64,000 nt of DNA, from NCBI GenBank assembly GCA_964035575.1, contig OZ037840.1, positions 1,550,001-1,614,000 on the forward strand, given 5' to 3'. Under the pieces are notes generated by a model, which saw only the letters and a list, made by a program, of their open reading frames with translations, was not told the DNA's origin and ran no database searches. This document shows positions 1 through 11,647 of this stretch, one piece after another. Within the stretch, counting starts at the first letter, position 1, and each line of letters opens with the position of its first letter. The DNA comes from Rhynchopus sp. YZ270_cl-10. Taxonomy: Eukaryota. A program made the translations under genes and the position numbers.

Positions 1-330
1 ATCTGCTTCACTGAGACAGAATGCGAACACAACTTGCGTCTGATCCCCTGCAGGGTGGAAGTGTCACGGGGCTGCGAGACTGAGGTTGTGGCTGAGCTGG
101 TGGTATCCGACGACGACGGAGATTCCACTGACAACGAATGGATGTACGTCATTGGCGACGAACGACGTTGGGATGCCTACAACACAGCGGTGCGTGGGTA
201 TCTGGTGGGGACTGTGGCGGCAACTGAGGTGGCGGCACAGGCATTGAAGGCCGACTGTGATAGCAATTCAGTGACTGTTGTGCCAGGTGCGAGACTCGTT
301 TTGAACCTTCCTGTGTATGACGACCTATGA
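1..330 (+). CDS. 3' end of a class III nucleotide cyclase-like membrane protein, paralogue of the genes at 52296 and 54728
   Basis: Frame 1 reads ICFTETECEHNLRLIPCRVEVSRGCETEVVAELVV...NEWMYVIG...YNTAVR. This aligns with LCFSDAECEHQLRLIPCKIELASGCDAEVVAELVV...DEWMYVVG...YNTAVR in the 52296 protein. Truncated by the window edge. Confidence 0.85.
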   Translation: MCFTETECEHNLRLIPCRVEVSRGCETEVVAELVVSDDDGDSTDNEWMYVIGDERRWDAYNTAVRGYLVGTVAATEVAAQALKADCDSNSVTVVPGARLVLNLPVYDDL

Positions 331-1315
331 TGACCCATGCAATACAGTTTTTAAAGTACACTGTGACAAAAGGGGTTTTATTTTGAACAAGATACAACAA
401 TAAGCTCGCGTTTCTTGAACAGATTTTATTTTCCGCCCAAAGTAAACACCACTTTTAATCACAAATAATATTTTCCTCTCCTTTTTTTCTTCCACACGCG
501 CCGGTTTTTGTGTCTGCTATTTTTTTTTCAAAAAGCTTTCTATTTGATTTTTTTTTATGTGCCATCCTTCGATACCCGGTGCGTCCACAGAGGCCTTTTA
601 CACTGACAACTACCAGATTTTTTTTCTACCTTCTTTCCATCGTGCAGGACTACCGTATTTGTAAAACAGGTCGAACTTCCAGAAAAATCCTGAAAAGGTC
701 GAACATTATTACGGTCGATACTTTTGTACGAATACGGTATTCTCTCTTTGTCAACGTGGGGGTACCATACCACTCAACGCAGTGGGGAGGGACAGTTTCC
801 TTTGGTAACGAGGGTTTCGCATCTCTACCTTGTGGCGTGTATCATTCTTTTGCCTTACTGGGGGTAGACCGTACAATAAATAGTTATTTTTATGACTTAC
901 TTTGCTCTCATGTAGTGTGTGATGAGTACAGAATAGTACGGGGCTCAACACAGCAGACTAAAAAAACGTTTACTTTTTTTAGCAGGATTTTTGCTCATTT
1001 TTTTTTATTTTGGCTGTGAAGGCATTTGCACGACACATCTTGGTGGTACACACTCTTTGTAGACGATCTACCCTCTCTCTTGGCCCTTTACAACAAAGGA
1101 AACCTTTACAACAATTCCATAAGTAACAAATTGGGGTAGCTCCAAGGCGTGCTGTCGCTGGACGGGATATAGGACATTACCCTAATGAACACCCTCCCTT
1201 TCCCCTCCCCCCACTCACCAACTCCCCCCAGGATCCCTCCCTACAAACCCATCATTCTTTCTACCCCTTTTTTACCAATTTCTTTCCACTCTTCTTTTCT
1301 ATCCTTTACTCACAA

Positions 1316-4300
1316 ATGTTTCGAAATGGTGTGAGCCAGGTGGACTTCGCACTTGCGGCACATGATAAGACCGGCCGCCCACACGCCCGCCGCCTCACCA
1401 GCATTGACGACGAATTCTGCCTCCACCCGCTGCCTGAGGACGCAGAACCGGGCTTGCTGGGGAAGGGCGGGTTTGGGGTGGTCAAACGGTACCGACGGCT
1501 GAACAAGGCGTGGCTGAAGCACATCCCCGAGGTGGCTGTGGCAGTGAAACGAATCGACAAATCACGACTCAAATCGTACACCGCTCTGAAGCACGTATGC
1601 GTCGAGATCGCTGTCCTCCGCCACTTCAAGCACGAAAATGTCATCAAGCTATACGACGTTGTCCACACAGCCGACGCAGTATACATGATCATGGAGTTGA
1701 TCGATGGGCACGACCTCTGGACCTTTCTGCGCAAGCAAGAAAACGGGCGTTTAAGTAGTGACAAAGCGGCGGTTGTGGTGAAACAGCTTTTCACTGCCTT
1801 AGAGTACATCCATTCGGCGAAGGTTGTGCACAGAGACATCAAGCTCGAAAACATCCTGATCGGCGCGAATCTCCACATCAAAGTCATCGACTTCGGCCTT
1901 GCGAAGTACTGTGGTAGCACCAACACCCTTGACGCAGCGCTGCCTCCACAAAGCCCGATTGGTGATCCTGCGGGGGGATCACCTATGGTTGCAAGCACTC
2001 CATGTGGCACGGATCTTTATATGGCACTTGAAACCATCTGTGGCGCCCTCGATGGGCATGGTGCAGCCTACATCTCCTCCAGAAGCAGGCTTGCGAAGGT
2101 TGACGTATACGGTGCAGGTGTAGTGGCATATGCACTTCTTATAGGCGCACTGCCCTATGAAACACGGATCAACACCGCAAACCATGAGGGCAGAATGCAA
2201 GACATGAAGCGCCTAATCTCCCAAGGGGTCTCCTTCAAGGTGCCCAGCTCGGTCGAAACGACAGTACCGCTCTGTGCGCTGGAAGCGGTTCGTGATATGC
2301 TCGCAAATGACGCCTCGGTGAGGTGCACATCAAAGGAAGCGTTGTCCCTGCCGTGGCTCAGTGGTGTTGCCCTGCCGTATTCGATTCTCGCGAATGTTCA
2401 GGTGGTCGATATCAAGCAGACGGCAAAAGGGGGGCGGAAGGACCCCATCATCCCGCAGGTCCGGAGAAGCCCGCGAAGGCCGCCGCCAGTGGAGCAGCTT
2501 CCGTCGTTGGTGGGGAGTGCGGAGGCAAGAGATGCGGCGGAAGAAGAGGGGGTGGAAGAAGAGGACGAAGACGAGGAGGAGGATGAGGAGGACACGGAAG
2601 GGCAGACAGCGCAGAGTATGTACAAAAAAAAAGAGAAAAATATCTTCCAATATTTCAAAAAAAAAGGTGAACTTTTGGAAAGGATTGCACTGTGGCAACT
2701 ACACTGCTCCAACAATTTTTTTGTTGCTATTTTATTCTCAAAGAGGTGTTTACTTGGGGAGAATAAAATCTGTTACAAAGAAACAGCTTTTTTTTGTTTT
2801 ATCTTGAGAAAAGTTCGATTTCGGCCTCGAAAATTACCGTGACACCGATTTGTCACGGAATTTTGTCACGGAATTTTTTTGAAAGATTCGATTTCGTGAC
2901 AAAAAAAAATCGATTTCGTGACAAATCCAAAAATTCAGTGACAAAAAAATGTCAATGAAAAAATGGATTTTGTCAAGGAAACCGAACTTTTTGTCACGGA
3001 AAAAGTCGTGACAGAAATGGATTTTGTCAAGGAAACCAAACTTTTTGTCACGGAAAAAGTCGTGACAGGGCACTGGGTACTGGGTACACTGGATACAAGG
3101 ATAAAAGTCGTGAAAGAGCAACCACAGCTCCACATGACAAACACAAAAGTGTCCAGTCACGTGGGGCATGCATGCACTGAGGAGATAATGATCCAACAAT
3201 TTACAAGAAAGATTACTTAACCTACTGCTGGAAATTGCCAGGTCGTAGTAACACACAAAGTGTGCCTCCGTTCGGGAAGACCGGATATTCTAGAGACCAA
3301 AAAGGCCTCAAGAATATCTTCCGCTGGTCAAGGTATAACCGAATGAACGGCCCAAGACCCCCGTGGAGAAGTTAAATGTGTAATGCTATCAGGTAGAAAC
3401 TGCGAACACTGTCTTACCCTCCTCAATGCATGGTGGAAGATGTCTTTACAACAAATATCCTGTACCCAGGTACCAGGTTCCCAGACCCACGTAGTACCAC
3501 GTCGCAGTACTACGCAAAATTTACCACCAGACCCTGTCTTCGTGCACCTTAAGTACAACGCCGCAGACAGGCCAAACATGCGTTGGACTCAGAGGAATGC
3601 CTGCTGTGCAGTGTATCAAACATGAGAACCAACTCCCAACAACAAGGGGCGCCTTTTGGCGGGCGTTGTTGAGGGTGTTTGGGGTGCAAAGTTTTCCACA
3701 ATTTTGATGCGCGGGTACAGAAGTGTTATCTTGTTCTTTCATCTCTAGGAAATGTAAATGTCAATCGCGTTTAACTACCACTAGGGCTTGTTCAGTGAAC
3801 CCACAAGGGGTCGAAGGGGGTTGGTTATCCCGTATCTATCAAAGGTTGTGTCGACCAGGCTAAACCACTATGTTACGCTGTACGTTGTTAAATCCGAAGA
3901 AATAACACTTTAGCAGCCGCAGGAAGTTTGCTAAAAAGAGTGCCTCACGCTACACAAACCACCACCCGCGATTGACTTAGATGTTATAACAAAGAGAATT
4001 CAGAACAAAACAACACCCTGCCCCATACACACTAAATTGTCATGCTTCGAGAGCATGCCTGGGCCAAAATTACTATGACGAAAAGGCAACAAGACCACCC
4101 ACAAGGAGTGTGAATTGTGCACTGGTTTTCTGGGGGAACAAACAATATTTTCTTGTGTCTAGTCCTCCGGAAGCAGAGGACAGACTTTCCGGAAGGTTTC
4201 CAAAGTCGAATTTCTTGCACTAGCTATGCTCCCTGGTTAATGGCTATAGCAGTGACTGACAAAGTGTTCCCACCCCCCTTTTCACCACCATAATAACCGA

Positions 4301-5227
4301 ACTCTGCTTATCAAACCACAATCTGAATCTGCTTCCGTCGCATGCGCTGGTGGATTCGATCTGTTTTGGTGTGTGTAATGGAATGTATGGGTGAGGGTTG
4401 GGGTATTAGGTATGGAAACTTGCGCACCCATTAATTTTTTACCGAATGAAAATGAAATCTGCAATGAGTGTCTGCTGCATATCATTTAGTGGGGCTGGCC
4501 TCTGGCCAGAGGCGTGCAAGCCTGACCGTGTTCGCGATATACTAAGTCTTGCATAATCATAAAGTTATCATACCTTGTGTCTTCAGTCTCTGCCCTTAGG
4601 TTTCTAGACAGCTCAAGAATGGCCTCTTTTGTGTTTGTCAAGTGGCTGTCTGGTCACTTTTCAGTGACTGGCGGGTTGGCTGTCACGACTTTTTCCTTGA
4701 CAAAATCCATTTTTTTCAATGACATTTTTTTGTCAATGAAAAAATGGATTTGTCACGAAATCGAATTTTTTTTTGTCAATGAAAAAAGTCATTTGTCACT
4801 AAATTGAATTTTGTGTGTCAATGAAAAAATCGGCTTGTCACGAAATCGAATCTTTCAAAAAAATTCCGTGACAAAGTACCGTGACAAATCGGTGTCACGG
4901 GTATTTTCGAGGCCGAAATCGAACTTTTCTCTTTTATCTTCAATTTATCACAAACATATTTTTTTTGCAGAACAAGCAATCGAATTCGACATATCCTTAG
5001 GGCAGGCCTTGACACCTATCACCGCTGCCCCTGTAGAGTTCCGTGCCGCGACCCAGCAGATCATGGAAGGCATGCGCACCACCGACGACGACGACACTGA
5101 GTTCAAATTCCCACGCGAGGACAGCTACGCACCTACCCCCTCATACGCGACCTCGTGTACGTCCCCTGTCTGTTCGATCCGCAGCCGCGACAGTCCCAGC
5201 AGCAGTGACTCCGACACGCCATGCTGA
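1316..5227 (+). CDS. Ser/Thr protein kinase (CAMK/SNF1-like), two exons 1316-2615 and 4971-5227, about 518 aa
   Basis: Motifs GKGGFG, VAVK, HRDIKLEN, DFG, CGTDLYMALE, KVDVYG. Donor GTATGT at 2616 and acceptor ttttttgcAG ending at 4970. The phase-1 join (A+AA=Lys) continues in frame into QAIEFDIS...DTPC* at 5227. Confidence 0.85.
2616..4970 (+). other. Predicted GT-AG cis-intron of the kinase gene (2355 nt), containing a TIR element
   Basis: GTATGT donor, poly-T plus CAG acceptor, and reading frame preserved on splicing. Confidence 0.75.
2806..4931. mobile_element. Non-autonomous TIR element E1, Mutator-like (9-bp TSD)
   Basis: Long TIR GAGAAAAGTTCGATTTCGGCCTCGAAAA... with its reverse complement ending at 4931. 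TTTTATCTT is duplicated at 2797-2805 and 4932-4940. Many subterminal (C)GTGACA/TGTCAC(G) motifs. Confidence 0.9.
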
Positions 5228-6479
5228 AAAAAAACGCAAACGGAAACAAAGGGGTTCTACGACCCCCACGCTTCCACTCACTGCGTTCAACCTACGGAGT
5301 GTCAGAAGGCTGCGTCCAGAGGCGTTTGGATTGAGTCAACTTCACTTTGGCCTTTGTGGTGTCATCTACATCGATTACGTTCGTCTACATCGGCTACGTC
5401 GCGGACTTCACCGATTACCTCAAAAAAAAAGGCCAGCTGTTCCCGTATGATAAGATCATTGCACTGAAGGTAGTGGTTGTTCCTTGGGAGATGGTATCGG
5501 AGTGCTCAGTACACAGTTGCTCAGCCGTGATCCGTTGTGCCTAATAATGTGCACCGTGGAGAAGTACCATCCAGTTCAGGTGAGGAATGTGCACCAAATA
5601 AAAGGTTATTCTCTTTAGGATGCTTAAGCATTCTTATGCGTGGAGGGTCTATGCAGTGAGAAGAAGACCTGAGGGGTGTGGAGGAGTGCGAAGGAGGAGG
5701 TTATCTTTTGGGTAGGTGTAGCAATCCTAACAAAACAAAAAACAAAAACAAAACGGACGTAGTGGGAGCACACTCTAGGGGTGGCTACACTAATGCAACC
5801 AAGTTTTCAAAAAAAAACAGAAAAAAAACAAGAAAAAAAAAAACGTAGTGGAGCTCATCCTGGGTGTCTACACTAATTTTTGTGAGACCCCTTCCCGGGC
5901 ACCCCTTCCCCCCTCCAGATTCCCCGTGGTTCTCTCGTAAGTCTCTCCCGAGTTCTACCCGGTACCGGGCTCACTAATACAACCAAGTGCTGGAGACAGA
6001 GTCAAAGAACTTTTTTTGCGGAGCAAAAAAAAAAAAATATGAAAAATTGCACCGCAGGCAAAAAAAATTAATAGTTTAAGGTACAGCCTGGGTGCGGGAT
6101 TTCATAGTGCGGTCAGCAACCCAGTTCTCCAAGGGTACTCCCGTGGTTCACCCACGGTTCTACCAGGAACCTTTTTGACCCCCCGCACCCCCCTCGACTA
6201 CCCTCCCCCAAAAAAAAAACACTGGAGCTCGTTCTCTTTTTTTACGCACACTACTTTGTGAGCGGGAAGTGTTGCGTCGTTCACTCACCTAACCGTGCTC
6301 CGCAACACCACCACCCCAACAGGTGAGACATAGTGTGGTGTCGAAACGCATTTTCCTTTTTTTTTTTGTTGTTGTGGACAGTTCATCCATGCAAAGACGC
6401 ACAACGAAATAAAAAAAAAAAGACTTTTTCCTTCCTCAAAATTTTCTTCCTTTTTTTACATTCACACAAGCTTTCCCGA

Positions 6480-6930
6480 GGAAGATCTCGTCTGCAGCCA
6501 TAATAGCTTGAAAGCTGTTCGAGAACCGGGCACCCTGCACAAGCGAGCGACTCTCTTTGCCCACCTGGTCCGTCTCGTCCACAATATAGGAGCTTTTCGA
6601 GGACATACTCCTCGTCGACAGATTGTTGCGCTTTCCGGAATGCCGTCCACCATTTCGCAACGTCTTTTGGCCCCTGCTGTCCTGCGAGAATCTCAAACAC
6701 AGATTTTGCATTGAGAAGGTGTTTTGGGCATAGTGGTTGCGAAGGTGAAGCATCCACTCCAGAAGCTGCTTCTCCTCTTCTTCCAAGCAGGCTTCTTCCC
6801 CTTTCTGCATGCAGTTCGGCTTCCCTTGTCTTTCTTCGCCATTTCTTGTAGGATTTCCGTCTCTTTGTTCCACCTCAAGGACTCCATAACCGACACGTTG
6901 GATACAGTGAACCCTTTACAGTCAATATGA
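6480..6930 (-). pseudogene. Frameshifted remnant of a pogo/CENP-B (Tc5-type HTH) transposase
   Basis: Joining minus-strand frames gives LEEEEKQLLEWMLHLRN...KWWTAFRK/RNNLSTR...YIVDET. This resembles the CENP-B HTH (W..RF.KR..LS.R) followed by a DET-like motif. Confidence 0.5.
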
Positions 6931-7020
6931 TGTGTTGGCAGCTTTCTTCGTACCCCTTTCCTTCAGAGCCAAAACGTCCAGCTTCTCCCGACACGAAGAA
7001 GTGTGAAAAGTGTGCGGTAG

Positions 7021-7140
7021 TGGTGGCAGTATTGTGATGGGGACCATTAGAATACGCAAAATACATCAAAATACATCACAATGTGTATTTTTGATGTATT
7101 TTGCGTATTCCAATGGGCTTCCATCACAATACTGCCGCCA
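7021..7140. repeat. About 120-bp imperfect palindrome (fold-back element)
   Basis: TGGTGGCAGTATTGTGATGG pairs with CCATCACAATACTGCCGCCA. Inner arms GAATACGCAAAATACATCAAAA and TTTTGATGTATTTTGCGTATTC also pair. Confidence 0.85.
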
Positions 7141-7280
7141 TTACTCCCCGGGACCCTCCCCTCCCACACCCTCAACGTGAATGTTTTTTAACATGTCATA
7201 ATACCAAAAACCTTAGTAACATCATCACCGTGCATATAACAGATTTAACACATTTTATTCAAAATATTCTGCAAACAAAC

Positions 7281-10200
7281 ATGAAACGAATGCCGTCTTT
7301 TCTCCTCTTGACGTCTTCGCTGTACTGCGCTGCCGCACTTTCCAATGAGATCCCCTCCTCTTCCTCTACGGACCACACCCCCGCGTACTGCCACGCCGGC
7401 AACACCAATACGGTCACCGGAGATAGCATCTCTGGCGTGCTCGATTATTACGAAGACGCTGGACATCCCGCCTATGGGGCACGTTGTTGGCAGTTTTCGT
7501 GTCCCTCCCCAGATTCAGCCTCCTCCTCCTCCTCCTCCTCCTCTTCATCCTCCGCAGACACTGACGGTGTTCTCCATCTCAAGTGGGAGAGATTTGTTCT
7601 AGGGGAAGAGCCAAGACCGTACCGTAGTCCTGATCCTGAGGCTGTGGCTTTGTATTTACAGTTTGCGGATGCGGCGGAGCCTTTTACGAGATACAGCGGG
7701 GCGGGGCCTTTGGTGGGTGAGGATGAGGAGCGTGCACCTTTGCTCTTCAGGGAAACGCTGGCGCTGCAGAACCGCACCCTGCTGCTGCACTACTCGCAAA
7801 CTTCGTTGCGGAGGTGGCCTGGGTTTCGTGTGGCTTGGAGTTGCGAGGCGCCGCCGGCTGCAGAAACACCTCCAGCCATGGACCTCCTCCCTTCTCCACA
7901 CAAAGAAGACTGCTGGAACCTCGAAACCATCTCAGGCAACTCTATTACGAGAAAAGGGTTTGCAAAAGGCGTGCACTGCTGGCTTCTTCCGGTATGCGAA
8001 AAAAGGATGGGGGTTCGTGTGCACGAAGCGAGCTCTGAGGTTGTATTGCATAATTGGGAGGGAGGCGATTCGGAACAGATCTATCGTGGGTCATACTCGA
8101 GAGAGCACGACTGGGATGTATGGAGTGGGGTGTTGACAGGGAGGGTTCTGATTCAGGTTCGCGCGGGGTCGCTTCAAAGCGGGGAGAAAGGATTCGATGT
8201 GTCCTGGGAATGTCTGGAGGAGGATGCTGAAGTGGCCCCGTATTTCCCTCAGTGCGGTAACCCAATGAAACTGGCTGGAGAAGGAGAGTTTCGGGTGTCA
8301 GAAAACTATGTTCCTGAGGTATTGTGTCACAATGTGGTGTGCGGAAACGGGGTTGTCATCGAAGCGGAGTTTGCAAGAGGGTTTGATGCTATGGGCACAC
8401 CCCCGGTGTTGCAGATAATTGAAGGTCGCGGTTTTGCTTCGCCGGTTGTGTTAAATGCAACGATTGGAGGGTCAGGGATGGTATCTACCATGGCATCGGG
8501 AAGGGATGTGGTGGTGCGGTTTCTGGGAGGGGATGCGCATCTTCGTCTTCTCTCTTTAGATTACACAGTCAGATGGAAATGTGGTGGAGCCCCCATACCA
8601 CCACCACCCCCATGCACCCTCGAGGTTCTCAACGGAGCAGAAGGCCGGATAGATTATCAATTTGAAAAGGGATTCCCTGGAGGCGCAAAACGGTGCTGGC
8701 AGTTTCCGTGCGAAGGGGAGCTGCATTTGGTGTGGGAGGATGTGTTCATTTCGAGTTCAAAATTTACGCCGACGTCGTCATTAATCGTTTCTGATGGGGA
8801 AACGGTGAAGCGGAGCTACTCTTATACAGGCCCCTTTCCGCATTATCTGGGAAGTGGAGACTATGCTGAGACAGTACAGATTTCTTCGTCTGCGATGCTA
8901 AAATTCGAGAATTTATACGCATTCGAGAGGTACCCAGGGTTCGCTCTGCGGTGGGGCTGCGGTGCCACCAGACCGTCACCCCCTGAGAAATACCTTCCGG
9001 ACAACACTCTGACCCGCACCTTCGTAGAAAATGGTATAAACTGCGGCAGGGTGCAAGCCATGCCCGCTTCAGGGACAAACCTTTCCCGCTGGGGCTACCG
9101 CGATGGGAAGGACTGCTTTGTTGTGCCATCCTGCCCTAACCCCAACACCTCTCTGGGCCTCCGAATCTCCAATATGGAAATCACCATGGCGCAACTCGAA
9201 ATATGGACCGTACAGAACGGATCCTTCACCTTAGCCTCCTCCATCCGAACCGACGTTTCGGACCACCGCTATTGGTCTTCCCTTTTGGGGAATGAAAACG
9301 ACGTGGTGCTCATTCACCATGCGTTCCCAGGGGTGCAGCAAAACGTAAATTATGGCTTCACTGCGTTTTGGGAATGCATTGCCCCTGAGGAGCCACGAGA
9401 GACATACCTTCCCGAATGCAGTGTTATTGATGCTAGCGTGCACCCAGCCTCGCTCTTCTCGTATGGCGCGGTTCAGAGTGTTACCCTTTCGGAACCATCG
9501 TCGAGTTTGACGCATTGTCATATCCTTCGCTGCACCGGAGCGACCCACATCAACGTAACGATCCTCGCAACAGATTTGGGACAATACTCTGATAAACTCG
9601 AGGTGCTTTCGGTATCAACTTTTGAGGCGCCGGAGGTGTTATGGAAAGGGTCTGAGATCAACACCGCACAATATATTTCAATTTCAGAAGATCTCGCAGT
9701 GATACGGTACCACACCCACCCTAGAAGGCGGGGCGGGCGATTTTATACTTCTGCCTATGCGTTTGGGTGGGTGTGCGGTCCTGGGGCGGTTCTCCCTGCA
9801 ACATCAGAGCCTTCTCCGCAACCATCTATCGAATCACCCCCTTCTCCCACTCCCCTGCAAAACGAAGCTGCTGGAGTGCAAATCTGGTGTCGCATCAACT
9901 CCGACTGCGCCCGCTATGGGAATACCAATGCGTCATGCACCTCGAATGGACGTTGTCTCTGTGGAGAAGATGATGTGGAAGCAGATGTGTCCCCTGGTGC
10001 ATGTGTCCCTGCAGAGGATGCGGTGTACCCAGAAATGCTGCGTTTTGTGTGGAAGGTGTCATGCGAGAGGTATGATACGTCGTTGGAAGGAGAAATTCTG
10101 GAGCTTTCTGCTAAAGTGATAGGGGGAGCGCCGAAGGGTGTCGAGGTGTTGCGGTGTGATGCGGGGGTGGTGGTGGTGGAGGTGTTTGTGGAGAGTGCGT

Positions 10201-10661
10201 GGTCCGCCTGGGCGGTGGTGGTGGAACTGCGGTCGGAGGCGGTGAAGCTGTTGAGGCAAGGCAGCGATTCGTATCAGAGACTCATTGCTGCGCTGGGTGA
10301 GCCCTCTCAGGTCTATCTCCCCTGGTTGCAGAATCTGCAGTGTAACATCGCTTATTCAACTGAGGTGGAGGTGAACAGTACATCATGCACTGCAACAGCT
10401 TGTGAACCGGGTTTCTTCGTGGAAGGTTCAATCTGTGTGCCAGATGTGACAGCGAAGCCGACAACGTCAGTTCCAGAAGCAGAGAAGGAAGACAGCAGCA
10501 GTACCCTCTCAGCAGGGACGATTGCGGGTATTGTTGTGGGGGTGGTCGCGGCGGTGTTGCTGCTGGGGGTGCTGTTGGTGGTGTGTCTGTGCAAGGGTGG
10601 CAAAGAGGGGGAGAAGCAGAAGCAGGAGGAGCAGATCTCAGAGCCATCGTGTAATGCGTAA
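7281..10661 (+). CDS. Type I surface membrane protein with repeated CUB-like domains, a Cys-rich EGF-like module and a C-terminal TM helix
   Basis: Signal peptide MKRMPSFLLLTSSLYCAAALS. Repeated C-x-W...GF-x-x-x-W-x-C modules, CRINSDC...CTSNGRCLC, and TM GTIAGIVVGVVAAVLLLGVLLVVCLC. Confidence 0.8.
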   Translation: MKRMPSFLLLTSSLYCAAALSNEIPSSSSTDHTPAYCHAGNTNTVTGDSISGVLDYYEDAGHPAYGARCWQFSCPSPDSASSSSSSSSSSSADTDGVLHLKWERFVLGEEPRPYRSPDPEAVALYLQFADAAEPFTRYSGAGPLVGEDEERAPLLFRETLALQNRTLLLHYSQTSLRRWPGFRVAWSCEAPPAAETPPAMDLLPSPHKEDCWNLETISGNSITRKGFAKGVHCWLLPVCEKRMGVRVHEASSEVVLHNWEGGDSEQIYRGSYSREHDWDVWSGVLTGRVLIQVRAGSLQSGEKGFDVSWECLEEDAEVAPYFPQCGNPMKLAGEGEFRVSENYVPEVLCHNVVCGNGVVIEAEFARGFDAMGTPPVLQIIEGRGFASPVVLNATIGGSGMVSTMASGRDVVVRFLGGDAHLRLLSLDYTVRWKCGGAPIPPPPPCTLEVLNGAEGRIDYQFEKGFPGGAKRCWQFPCEGELHLVWEDVFISSSKFTPTSSLIVSDGETVKRSYSYTGPFPHYLGSGDYAETVQISSSAMLKFENLYAFERYPGFALRWGCGATRPSPPEKYLPDNTLTRTFVENGINCGRVQAMPASGTNLSRWGYRDGKDCFVVPSCPNPNTSLGLRISNMEITMAQLEIWTVQNGSFTLASSIRTDVSDHRYWSSLLGNENDVVLIHHAFPGVQQNVNYGFTAFWECIAPEEPRETYLPECSVIDASVHPASLFSYGAVQSVTLSEPSSSLTHCHILRCTGATHINVTILATDLGQYSDKLEVLSVSTFEAPEVLWKGSEINTAQYISISEDLAVIRYHTHPRRRGGRFYTSAYAFGWVCGPGAVLPATSEPSPQPSIESPPSPTPLQNEAAGVQIWCRINSDCARYGNTNASCTSNGRCLCGEDDVEADVSPGACVPAEDAVYPEMLRFVWKVSCERYDTSLEGEILELSAKVIGGAPKGVEVLRCDAGVVVVEVFVESAWSAWAVVVELRSEAVKLLRQGSDSYQRLIAALGEPSQVYLPWLQNLQCNIAYSTEVEVNSTSCTATACEPGFFVEGSICVPDVTAKPTTSVPEAEKEDSSSTLSAGTIAGIVVGVVAAVLLLGVLLVVCLCKGGKEGEKQKQEEQISEPSCNA

Positions 10662-11647
10662 AAAAAATACCCCGGTTCGATTGATGTCGGATTGAAACGG
10701 ATTTTGTTTTTGTTTTTAGCGGGCAGACTACCTCTCTTCTGGCCATAAGTTTGGGGCGCAGACAGCACACCTTTCCCCCATGGTGCGGCAATGACCCCCC
10801 GACAAGAGGTGTTACACCATCTCCGCTTACATTTTTTTTTTTTTTTTTTTTTTGCACTTTTTTTTTTCAACTTTGCTTTTTCTGAGTATTGACCGGGGAA
10901 TAGAAGGTATAATAGGGTACATTTAGTGCACCCTATTATACCTTCCATTCAGCAGAATAGAAAGTATATGGAACAACTTTGCTTTTTCTGCGTACCGGAG
11001 TTTTTTGGTGTCAGTTCAAAAAAAGAAACTTGGCATCTTTCTGCCCCTTTCTATATGTGTGTGACGGCACATTTCGATTTGGTGACCAAGCACGAGAGGG
11101 TTTAGGTTCATCTAAAAAAAATCTATTCTTTTTTGTTGTTACACCCTTTAGTGCTTACTGTTTGTGTTATAAATAGTAAGTATATGAATGTACTTTTTTG
11201 TTTTTTTGGCATAGGGCTATATGTGTCTTCCTGGTTGCCCTGCGCTGCGAAAGCTCTCCACGAAGTGTTTCTGACCTTCTTTGCTCGAGAGTAATGCATG
11301 CAGGCTGAATCGAGGACAAAATAATTTTTTGTGACCCACGGCCTGTGTCGTTGAGGTTAATACTGAGGGGTCTGCCAAAAAAAAAAAAACTAAAATTATT
11401 TTTTGTTATTCTGCCATGACGGACTCAAGTTTGCAAAGGCAATTCCTCTCTTTTGAAAATTCGTTTTAAAGATATTGTGATCCCCTTCTCCATTTCGCAA
11501 AAAAAAAAATCTTTATCTTTTTCAACCCCCTTTTCCCACAAAATGAAAAAAGAACACAATTGTTTTACCCTTTGAAAATACTGACACACATATTCATTCC
11601 TCGAAAGCAGAGACAAAAAAACGACAACAAAAGAAAAGAAAATCAAA

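Noticed and set aside
2616..2842. Kinase ORF read-through to a stop in the TIR
   Set aside because: AT-rich, non-coding-like sequence better explained as an intron starting at GTATGT 2616.
5347..5544. Fragment weakly resembling an OSTalpha/TMEM184 helix (YDKIIALKVVV)
   Set aside because: Too short and no ATG start; cannot be supported without a search.
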